Source of the DNA: Candidatus Micrarchaeota archaeon
GTDB lineage: Archaea; Micrarchaeota; Micrarchaeia; Anstonellales; Bilamarchaeaceae
Length of the DNA stretch: 57,724 bases
Direction: 5' to 3'
Assembly (NCBI GenBank): GCA_018304385.1
Contig: JAGVWJ010000015.1
Coordinates: 1-57,724 of the forward strand
The position numbers and the translations under genes are program-made. Numbering within the stretch: the first letter of the stretch is position 1; the number at the start of each line of letters is the position of its first letter. The notes beneath the pieces are model-generated. The model ran no database searches, was not told the origin of the DNA, and saw nothing but the letters and a program-made list of their open reading frames with translations. Shown one piece after another: positions 8,040 to 15,169 of the stretch.

Positions 8040-9076
8040 AACCAATCCCCTAGCTTACTCTGCGCTCCTTTTTCAGTAAATGCCTTTTCTATCTTATCTA
8101 ATGTGCCAGCAATGCGTTCTTCACTAAAATCATGCTCTTTTACAAGAAGTGATTCGACCTTGCTTCTATCTAACTTGCCCCACTCAAACTTTTTATCAAT
8201 TTTATTATAAGGAGGATTAATAAAAAATTCATAAATCTCATTTATATCGGCTTCGAATTCGTATTGATATTTTTCATAAAGATAATGTTCTAGTTCTTTT
8301 AATGTTTTAATTTCTTTAACTATTTTCAACGCAGTTTTTGGTCCAATTCCCTTTACACCTTCATTAAAATCAGTACCAACAAGCATACCCATCATGATTA
8401 GTTTTTCTCTAGTTATACCAAGCGAGCCAAGTGTTTCTTCTAATATAATTTCTTCAGGCTCAATTAGTATATAACGATCTTGACGCGGAATTTTTCTTTT
8501 TCCAGTAATATTTATATTTCTTATAAGAATTGGTGAACCAAATAACAGGGAATCGTAATCTTGTGAACAAGTTGCATGTGCTAAGCCCTGCTTAACCATT
8601 GCACATGCCTGCGCTTCTCCTTCGCTCGGTGCTTGAACAAAGGGAATTCCAATTGCAGTTAGCAATTCCTTGCTCTCTTCCACCATATCCTGTGTTAATC
8701 TTGATGTTGCTTGCGCATATTTTTTTGCGTCATCATAGCGCTCTTCTTCTAGTGCTTTTTTCCATTTTGCTTCTGCTTCTTGTTTATTTTTTGCGCGCTG
8801 TTCACTGGTTTTTCTTTTAAATTTTGGAGGCGTACCATCAAAAACAAAAATAGGTTTTATTCCATTTTCAATAAGCTTCGCAGTTCGATAAAACAAACCG
8901 GATAAATGCGCAGTTATCCTTCCTTTAAAATCCATTAAAGGCGTGCCATCCTCTTGACGAATGCTTGCCAGAAATTGATATAACGTATTAAATGCATCAA
9001 TAGCAATAACTTTCCCAGCTAAGGATTCTAAAGAAATAGTATGTTTAATTGCTAAATCGCCTAAGTCTACTCCCAT
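8036..9076 (-). CDS. fen: flap endonuclease 1
   Basis: MGVDLGDL..IDAFN..LYQFL..GTPL..FVFDG.PP.K is the full-length FEN1/XPG signature with a C-terminal PIP-like tail (QSKLGDWF). Confidence 0.95.
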   Translation of the reverse strand: MGVDLGDLAIKHTISLESLAGKVIAIDAFNTLYQFLASIRQEDGTPLMDFKGRITAHLSGLFYRTAKLIENGIKPIFVFDGTPPKFKRKTSEQRAKNKQEAEAKWKKALEEERYDDAKKYAQATSRLTQDMVEESKELLTAIGIPFVQAPSEGEAQACAMVKQGLAHATCSQDYDSLLFGSPILIRNINITGKRKIPRQDRYILIEPEEIILEETLGSLGITREKLIMMGMLVGTDFNEGVKGIGPKTALKIVKEIKTLKELEHYLYEKYQYEFEADINEIYEFFINPPYNKIDKKFEWGKLDRSKVESLLVKEHDFSEERIAGTLDKIEKAFTEKGAQSKLGDWF

Positions 9077-9140
9077 GCTATGCCCTCATTATGTCTTCTC
9101 ATTCTTACAAAATCGTCGTACTACTTGTGTTTTCTATGGT

Positions 9141-9171
9141 GACGCAGTCTTATGTTCTCTAAGGCTGCGTC
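9141..9171 (-). other. hairpin within the long fen upstream region
   Basis: gacgcag(tc)..(gg)ctgcgtc has a stem of 7-9 bp. It lies between a TATA-like ttttatttatataag (minus sense, about 9190-9205) and the fen ATG (9076). Confidence 0.3.
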
Positions 9172-9208
9172 GGTCGTTTGAGGTATTACTTATATAAATA
9201 AAACAAAT

Positions 9209-9242
9209 GCTCACTGCCCACGGCCTAAGGCTCAAAGCCCAA
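9209..9242 (-). repeat. heptad-periodic GC-rich array R1
   Basis: Minus sense reads gggcttt gagcctt aggccgt gggcagt gagc. It starts 2 nt after stop TAG of 9243..9590. Confidence 0.7.
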
Positions 9243-9590
9243 CTACCTTTTTCTATTCTTGGCCTTTTTCTTCTGGGTAACTTTCTTAGTTTTTCTTTTT
9301 ACTTTTTTGGAGGCTTTCGTCACACTTACGTTCTTAGTCATCTCTGCAATGTCTTGGATTGTTAATTTTGCCTGACTTTTTATTATACCAATATAAGCCT
9401 TAGATGTTTTCTCCTCGTCGCCACCTAATTCAATTGCGGTTTTTTCTGTTTTTATTGATGCACAACGTTTGCAAGCTGCAAGTTCTTCACCATCACGCAC
9501 TACAACATCATGTACTTTACCAACATTACATATATCACAATATGCGCCAAGTTCTTCTTCTATTCTAAATTTTTTTATTCGTGTTTTCAT
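9243..9590 (-). CDS. zinc-ribbon protein with Lys-rich tail
   Basis: CDIC..17 aa..CKRC zinc ribbon resembles the N-terminus of the upstream aMBF1. C-terminal KKVKRKTKKVTQKKKAKNRKR. ATG overlaps the MBF1 stop (TAATG). Confidence 0.5.
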   Translation of the reverse strand: MKTRIKKFRIEEELGAYCDICNVGKVHDVVVRDGEELAACKRCASIKTEKTAIELGGDEEKTSKAYIGIIKSQAKLTIQDIAEMTKNVSVTKASKKVKRKTKKVTQKKKAKNRKR

Positions 9591-10045
9591 TATTTCGACC
9601 TCTTTTTCTCAGTTACAACAAAATCTGCAAGTGTTATACCTTTTGATGCGCTTACTGCTGCAGTTGGCCCAACCTCTTCAACAAGCTTTTCAATGAGCTT
9701 AACACCTAACTCTTTTTCAAGCTTATGTGCAACTTCAAGCGTTGGCTTCATATGACCGCGCTCAATATTCTCCAAATAACTTTCTTTTTCATTTATTCGC
9801 TCTGCAACTACTGGAATGGGTAAACCCATACCTTCACGCTTACTATGGATTAGCTTTGCGTAGTTTTCTACAATGTCTTCTACTTCTTGTGTTTTTGAGC
9901 TTATGGGTTTTTCTTTTTTCGGCTCATCTCTTAAATTATAGATTATTTTACCGTGCGAAGAACAATTTCTACAAGTGTTCATCTTTGCTCCTTCAATTAG
10001 TATAATGGCTACTGATTCGCCTCTGCCGCATATCTCACAATCCAT
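9590..10045 (-). CDS. mbf1: archaeal multiprotein bridging factor 1 (Zn-ribbon + Cro/C1-type HTH)
   Basis: N-terminal CEICG..CRNC ribbon followed by an HTH region (LPIPVVAERINEKESYLENIERGHMKPTLEVAHKLEKELGVKL). Confidence 0.8.
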   Translation of the reverse strand: MDCEICGRGESVAIILIEGAKMNTCRNCSSHGKIIYNLRDEPKKEKPISSKTQEVEDIVENYAKLIHSKREGMGLPIPVVAERINEKESYLENIERGHMKPTLEVAHKLEKELGVKLIEKLVEEVGPTAAVSASKGITLADFVVTEKKRSK

Positions 10046-10076
10046 AAGCTAACCATGAAAGGAAGTATTTTAATTT

Positions 10077-11054
10077 TTATTGAAGTGCTGATCTAGTAAA
10101 CTCTCTAATCAAACTAGCTGTCTCAATAGGTGCTTCCAAAGGAGGAACATGTGCTACACCAGGCAATCGTACAACATGTTCGCAATGCGGCATAATTCTA
10201 GCTAATGGCAATACTTTATCATGTACGATTAACCAATCGAGCTCGCCAGTTATTAGCATTACTGGAACATCAACCTGATCTAGCATAAGCCCATCGGCAC
10301 TTTCTCTTAGCATGGCCCTTAGCGCCAGTGCCCTTGTTTTTTTATCTGTTGCAAGTACCTGTTGCATAAATCTACTGAAAGCAAGATCATCATCGTGTCC
10401 ATTCTTCGCAAGATCCGCCATGGAAGCTATTCTTTTTATACTAGCTATCGCAATCCTGTTCCCAGCCAAGGCATGTGTTGCAAAATTAGTAATAGGATTA
10501 TACTCCAAAAATGAAAGAAGGGCTTTTATTGCAAGCTCTACTGACACGGAGTTACCGAAAGACCATAACTCGAGCGGACTTGAAAGTGCAGGACAAATAA
10601 ATACTATTGCCTCTACCTGATCTCTGAATGCATGGTAAAACTTTACAGCAGATATACCCCACATAGAATGCGCTACAAGAACTGCTTTTTTCACACCTTC
10701 CTCGTCCATAACTGCTTTCAGATCATGCGCAAGATCTGAAAGATATGAATCTACACTACTAGTTCCAAGTGCAGATCTCCAATGACCTCGATTCTCCATT
10801 GTTATGATATCATTTTCTGCATTCAGTGCTGGAATTATTGGGATAAATGCTGCTGGAGAACATGTCCAACCAGCTAATAATGCAAAAACTTTTTTTGCAG
10901 GCTGTGATTTTGCTTCTCTGTATCGATATCTTATTCTTGCGCCTTTAACGCTATCAACATAGCGATCTAAATGTTCTTCAAACAAAACCTCATGTCTAAT
11001 CCTTTTAGAAGCAGTTGATGCATATCGTCCTAAGATAGTGCTAAGTACTACCAT
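10077..11054 (-). CDS. alpha/beta-fold hydrolase
   Basis: Nucleophile elbow VLVAHSMWG, late acidic residue and GVAHVPPLE histidine. Length and order fit the alpha/beta hydrolase fold. Confidence 0.65.
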   Translation of the reverse strand: MVVLSTILGRYASTASKRIRHEVLFEEHLDRYVDSVKGARIRYRYREAKSQPAKKVFALLAGWTCSPAAFIPIIPALNAENDIITMENRGHWRSALGTSSVDSYLSDLAHDLKAVMDEEGVKKAVLVAHSMWGISAVKFYHAFRDQVEAIVFICPALSSPLELWSFGNSVSVELAIKALLSFLEYNPITNFATHALAGNRIAIASIKRIASMADLAKNGHDDDLAFSRFMQQVLATDKKTRALALRAMLRESADGLMLDQVDVPVMLITGELDWLIVHDKVLPLARIMPHCEHVVRLPGVAHVPPLEAPIETASLIREFTRSALQ

Positions 11055-11152
11055 TGATAATTATTTATTATAAAACATTTTTATATCTGCGTTAGGTGCA
11101 AGCCTAAAATAAGGCAAAGATATTTAATTGCGCTCTTCGATAATGGTTTATG

Positions 11153-11185
11153 ATTTGAATTTGTGGCAAAAAAACAAATTCAAAT
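11153..11185. promoter_or_regulatory. 12-bp perfect inverted repeat upstream of the S2P protease gene
   Basis: atttgaatttgt-N9-acaaattcaaat ends 26 nt before ATG 11212. Confidence 0.35.
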
Positions 11186-11211
11186 ATCTCTAAATCACGG
11201 GTGATTTATCA

Positions 11212-12570
11212 ATGATTGTTTTACTTCTAATATTAGCTATAGCTTTTGGTATCTTTTATTCTATACTCACATTAAGTATATCTGGAATTTTCAAATTCTT
11301 CTTAGCTGCAATAGAGATGCTCCTAGTTGGACAATTTTTAATATGGAGATATAAACTTACTGGAGAGCATGGATTAATTTTATTAAAAAGTAAACGCGGG
11401 TTGGAACTAATAAATAAAATCGCTAAACACGAGCAAGTATGGAAATTTTTTAGTGATGCCGGCACAGTAGTTTCATATGGGTTGCTCAGTTTAGTGATCA
11501 CGAAAAAAAATGTTTCTATAAAGGGTTTTGTTAGTGGTATTGCCTTAATCTCAATTTTGTTTTTTGTTGTTGCGCCTTTTGTTTTACCATTTTTAGTTAG
11601 CGTAATTGGGATCAGCGTATTAGAACATGGTGCTGTTCAACAGGTTGGAGATACTAATATACTTGCAATTATATCCATAATTTTATTATACGCAGGTGGG
11701 TTCTTCACATTATTATTGGCAAGTATTATTGGATATGGTACTTTTATTCTATCTGCATTGCTCAGCACGCTGTTGCATGGCACGCAAGCAATTGCAAAAA
11801 CATCGCCAGGTGCTACATTTTTACTGCCTGGAGTGAATATTCCGTTTTGGGAGGGTATTGCAGCATTAGTTGTAATATTAATTGTGCACGAAGGCGCACA
11901 CGCTGTATTGGCAAGAATAGCAAGAATTCCAGTGCTTAGTTCTGGTGTTGTGCTATTTGGAATTCTACCAATAGGCGCATTTGTAGAACCTGATGAAGAA
12001 AAACTAAAAAAACTAGAACAAACAAAGCAAACGCGCGTACTCATAGCTGGATCAATGGCTAATTTGCTGACTTCAATAATTTTCTTTGTACTATTTATAG
12101 GATTGTTTTTTACTACTGCGCAATATCGTGAAGAAGGTTTACTAGTAACGAGTGGAATGGAAAAAAATACTGTTATTCATGCAGTTAATGGCCAGCAGAT
12201 AGATATTAAGAACTTTGAAAAACTAGATTTGCCAAAAAACAGCGAAGTAAAACTTGATACGAATAAAGGCGAGATTACAAGAAAAACAAACGAAGAGGGA
12301 AAATTAGGTATAACAATTAGACCGATAACACGAGATTCGATATTTGGTGTTTATAATTCCGGAGTATTGCAGTTTATCTACATGCTATTAGGTTTAACAT
12401 TCGCATTGAATTTTGTAATTGGTACAGTAAATCTTTTGCCCTTGCCATTTTTTGATGGCTATCGCACATTAGAAATAAACATACAGAATAAGCATATAGT
12501 AAAGAGTCTGATGGCAATAACACTTGCTGCATTCTTAGTTAATTTCTTGCCCTGGTTCTTTAGAGGATAG
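11212..12570 (+). CDS. site-2 protease family (M50) membrane metalloprotease with PDZ-like insert
   Basis: HEGAHAV (HExxH) in a TM segment, NLLPLPFFDGY (NxxPxxxxDG), multiple hydrophobic helices. Confidence 0.85.
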   Translation: MIVLLLILAIAFGIFYSILTLSISGIFKFFLAAIEMLLVGQFLIWRYKLTGEHGLILLKSKRGLELINKIAKHEQVWKFFSDAGTVVSYGLLSLVITKKNVSIKGFVSGIALISILFFVVAPFVLPFLVSVIGISVLEHGAVQQVGDTNILAIISIILLYAGGFFTLLLASIIGYGTFILSALLSTLLHGTQAIAKTSPGATFLLPGVNIPFWEGIAALVVILIVHEGAHAVLARIARIPVLSSGVVLFGILPIGAFVEPDEEKLKKLEQTKQTRVLIAGSMANLLTSIIFFVLFIGLFFTTAQYREEGLLVTSGMEKNTVIHAVNGQQIDIKNFEKLDLPKNSEVKLDTNKGEITRKTNEEGKLGITIRPITRDSIFGVYNSGVLQFIYMLLGLTFALNFVIGTVNLLPLPFFDGYRTLEINIQNKHIVKSLMAITLAAFLVNFLPWFFRG

Positions 12571-12601
12571 CTTTATAATATGTGTTGTGCACTATATTTT
12601 T

Positions 12602-13102
12602 ATGGGGGTATTGTTGCAGTTTCCAACTGAAAGAGTAAGACCTAGTTTGCTAACGCGCAGCCAAAGAAGATTACCTCCTGGCATTGGAAGAGAAGAACAC
12701 GAACATACGTTAAGATTTCTAAGAAGATTAGTAAAAGATGAGCTCAGAGATCAACTAATTGATTATACTAGAAATCAATTATTAATCGCAGGTGCTGGCA
12801 TACCTGTTTTTTATATAGAATACTATCATAGTTTAGGTGGAGACATAAAACCAGTTATACTAGCTGCAAAACAAAGAATTGCAGAGACTACTGATAAAGA
12901 GTATACAAGAAATTTAGTAAGAACATTATTGTTTATTGATAAATTATATCCTGAATCAGTTGATTGGCAAGGACTAGAAAGCCAAAGAGAAGAATTTAGA
13001 TTAGACCCATTGAGAGGCAGGGAATGTTATTCTTATTATACGCACGGATTGAGTACAGATCCGGATAGATTTGTAACTCCTAGAAACATAGCTGGAGTAT
13101 AA
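12602..13102 (+). CDS. hypothetical protein (Arg-rich N-terminus)
   Basis: ORF 12587..13102. ATG 12602 lies about 25 nt after ctttataata, suggesting a leaderless start. No family recognised. Confidence 0.4.
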   Translation: MGVLLQFPTERVRPSLLTRSQRRLPPGIGREEHEHTLRFLRRLVKDELRDQLIDYTRNQLLIAGAGIPVFYIEYYHSLGGDIKPVILAAKQRIAETTDKEYTRNLVRTLLFIDKLYPESVDWQGLESQREEFRLDPLRGRECYSYYTHGLSTDPDRFVTPRNIAGV

Positions 13103-13104
13103 AT

Positions 13105-13382
13105 TGCCGAGGGCGGGATTGACGGCTTTGCTGTCAAATTTTGTCCGACAGGACAAAGCTATCGAAACCGCGACCTCTCGATTTCTCAGAGTGTAAATAT
13201 CATTGTTCTTACGAACTCATCACTCATAGCAAGTATGAGTCGAGCACTCTAAGCCATTACTCCTTTCGCCCTTTTAGTTTCTTATGTCTAACTGACATAA
13301 AAAGGGCGAGCCCCAAAACATGGAGAACCAGTTTTTGGGCTTACCTTTTTTACTAAAAAGGTAAGGACTGAGCTACCCCGGC
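13105..13382 (-). tRNA. tRNA with CAT anticodon (elongator Met or Ile2) carrying three introns
   Basis: Acceptor GCCGGGG/CCTCGGC plus discriminator A. D stem GCTC/GAGT. Anticodon arm CTCGA-CTCATA..A-TCGAG, anticodon at 13235..13237. T arm GCGGT-TTCGA..AT-CCCGC. Inserts lie at about 13256..13364 (D loop), 13183..13233 (canonical 37/38) and 13120..13161 (T loop, about 58/59). G1:C72 argues against an initiator. Confidence 0.75.
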
Positions 13383-13390
13383 GATAAAAA

Positions 13391-14176
13391 CTAATACTTA
13401 AAAATTACGATAGCAGCATCATCTTCTTTTGGAACAAGAATGCCATTATCGATTACTTCTTCTTTTAGCTGCATTCGCTTTTTAATTTCTTCTGCAAGTG
13501 CTTCGCACATAGTTTTAATGTTCTTGCTTTCGAATATTCTCTCTAAATCTTCCTTTCCACTTGTATCAGTGACTATTCCTCCTTCTACCTTAACAAAAAG
13601 ATTATCAACAATACCATCACTAACTGCAAAAATAATCTCGCCTCTATTCAGTTTTCCGTTTCCAGTATCTATGCTAGTAATTAACGAGCCAATGCACTCA
13701 GCTACATAATAGCGACCTTTTATATAAGAAGCGAAACTACTGCTATCTCTGTCATCTTTTGTTATGCGAGTAATTTTATTCTTTGAAATTTTATAAATAT
13801 GAGAATCCCCTATATTAGCGTAATAATAACTTCCATCTTTCAGAATCAATGCAATACTAGCAGTTGTTCCTCCAGCTTGTACAGCATAATTTGCTTCGCT
13901 TATTGCATTTTCTAATAGTTCTTCTACCTTTTTCTTTCCAAAATTTTTTTCTGCATAATTCACAATTGTAATAAGCGCTGTTTCACTCGCTGTGCTTGCA
14001 TTTGGTTGACCACTAACGCCATCGAATACTCCGATTAATGTATACTCATCTTTTATAATCAATAGCGCGCTATCGTCGCATGAATGCTCTTTGCTTTTTT
14101 TAATATAAGCACTGCTAGTATCACTACATTTAATTTCTTCTGATTTTACACTACTGGCTAGAATTGAAAGATTCAT
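13391..14176 (-). CDS. PP2C-family (PPM/SpoIIE-like) Ser/Thr phosphatase
   Basis: GVFDGVSG, GGTTASIALI and VSDGIVDNL motifs appear in PPM order. Confidence 0.7.
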   Translation of the reverse strand: MNLSILASSVKSEEIKCSDTSSAYIKKSKEHSCDDSALLIIKDEYTLIGVFDGVSGQPNASTASETALITIVNYAEKNFGKKKVEELLENAISEANYAVQAGGTTASIALILKDGSYYYANIGDSHIYKISKNKITRITKDDRDSSSFASYIKGRYYVAECIGSLITSIDTGNGKLNRGEIIFAVSDGIVDNLFVKVEGGIVTDTSGKEDLERIFESKNIKTMCEALAEEIKKRMQLKEEVIDNGILVPKEDDAAIVIFKY

Positions 14177-14198
14177 TTATATCACAATAAAAATAAGA

Positions 14199-14404
14199 GA
14201 ATGAGGAGCGTAGTCTGTCTTCTGTATTAAGAGAGATTAGACTTAGCGGCGCAAAGGCCTTGCACGCTCATCGGAACTCAGGATGCCGTTTCAACTGTAA
14301 CCAGTATCGTTTCTGTTCATCCTTTCGTGCCTTAAACACTTGGTTCCTTTTCGTGGACAGAACTTCCTCACTGCATAAGCAGCGAACTCCCCTGCCCCTC
14401 ATTC
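14199..14404 (-). ncRNA. rnpB: RNase P RNA, apparently size-reduced
   Basis: Minus sense has a CR-I-like GAGGAAGUUCUGUCC (14355..14369) and a CR-V-like ACAGAAGACAGACUA (14211..14225). These pair as P4 (AAG-U-UCUGUC / GACAGA-CU) with the conserved bulged U. Terminal helix GAAUGAGGGGC/GCUCCUCAUUC. Short P3 hairpin GCUGC-UUAU-GCAGU. A TATA-like box lies about 25 nt upstream. Ends are approximate. Confidence 0.65.
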
Positions 14405-14425
14405 ACTATAAATGAGTAAGGAAGG

Positions 14426-14437
14426 TTTTTTATAAAG
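14426..14437 (-). promoter_or_regulatory. TATA-like box for the RNase P RNA gene
   Basis: Minus sense ctttataaaaaa lies about 22-33 nt upstream of the proposed 5' end (14404). The tRNA-Phe gene diverges from the same 60-nt spacer. Confidence 0.4.
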
Positions 14438-14465
14438 TACGGTAATAAATTTTATCTTGTTTCAA

Positions 14466-14662
14466 GCCGCGGTAGCTCAGCTCGGGAGAGCACTCGAATT
14501 TCTATTTGATTTTTATTAATTAGAAATAGTGAAGCTGAAGACCGAGGTGTCGCTTGTTCAAAGGCCAACCAGGGGGAAGCGTCCCCCTAGTTTCCCTGGG
14601 ATTCCTAACCCCCTCCAAAACTGGAGACTGGAAACTGTTGACTGGAGTTCAGGCCCGCGGCA
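14466..14662 (+). tRNA. tRNA-Phe (GAA) with two introns
   Basis: Acceptor GCCGCGG/CCGCGGC plus A. D arm GCTC-AGCTCGGGA-GAGC. Removing 14497..14533 gives anticodon arm CTCGG-CTGAAGA-CCGAG (anticodon 14537..14539), so this intron sits at the non-canonical 30/31 position. T arm GCTTG-TTCAAA[14563..14648]T-CAGGC places an intron of about 86 nt near 59/60. Exons sum to 74 nt. Confidence 0.85.
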
Positions 14663-14672
14663 TTAATTTTTT

Positions 14673-14936
14673 CTACTTATAAGCTTTTTCTCTTCTCTCT
14701 AATTCAAAAACGCGTATAATCCCGTTTGTTGTATCAATATAATAAGAAATTCTGTAATCACCTATTCTGATTCTATAACAATCGTTCATTCCGCCTAATT
14801 TTACAAAGTCGTATTCATCTGCTGGATAAGGATGAGTTTCCAAATGTAAAAAAAGATCCTGGAACCTCTTAAAGTATTTTTCATCTAAGTCTTCGTATTT
14901 TTTCTTTACTTTGTTAGTAAGGATTATGGTGTACAT
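14673..14936 (-). CDS. RelE/ParE-family toxin
   Basis: 87 aa. CYRIRIGDYRISYYID..IIRVFELERREKAY is typical of archaeal RelE. It lies 1 nt downstream of a small partner gene. Confidence 0.75.
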   Translation of the reverse strand: MYTIILTNKVKKKYEDLDEKYFKRFQDLFLHLETHPYPADEYDFVKLGGMNDCYRIRIGDYRISYYIDTTNGIIRVFELERREKAYK

Positions 14937-14937
14937 T

Positions 14938-15126
14938 TTATTTCCTTTTTACGTCTCTAAAATTAGTTCCCTTTTCTTTCATAGCTAATGCTAGCTCCTT
15001 TTGAAGCTCAGTTTTTTCTTTTTCTGAGATCTTTTCTTCGCATATGATTGTTTCTTCTATCCGTTTTACATCCTTGCGAAGAGAGGTCAGCTCCTCATAA
15101 ACCATGTTTAAGGTTACGTTTTCCAT
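14938..15126 (-). CDS. putative antitoxin for the RelE-like toxin
   Basis: 62 aa, acidic/coiled, immediately upstream of and co-oriented with the toxin. Confidence 0.5.
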   Translation of the reverse strand: MENVTLNMVYEELTSLRKDVKRIEETIICEEKISEKEKTELQKELALAMKEKGTNFRDVKRK

Positions 15127-15169
15127 AAATACACCAAATAAATATACGCGAGCTTATTTATAAATTTTC

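Noticed and set aside
13183-13233. Box C/D-like motifs (GTGATGA at 13217-13223 and CTGA at 13186-13189, minus sense) in the anticodon intron of tRNA(CAT)
   Set aside because: The boxes are only about 27 nt apart, and the intervening sequence forms its own GTTC-GTAA-GAAC hairpin. I found no D'/C' pair and no 10-12 nt guide complementary to the tRNA exons. It may still be a k-turn but is not supportable as a guide sRNA.
13141-13356. 71-aa plus-strand ORF in the supplied track
   Set aside because: It lies entirely inside the minus-strand multi-intron tRNA(CAT) gene. It has no SD or TATA context and its composition is implausible.
14199-14404. SRP (7S) RNA as an alternative identity, given srp54 nearby
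   Set aside because: I saw no helix-8-type SRP motifs. The CR-I/CR-V-like strings and a P4 with a bulged U fit RNase P RNA much better.
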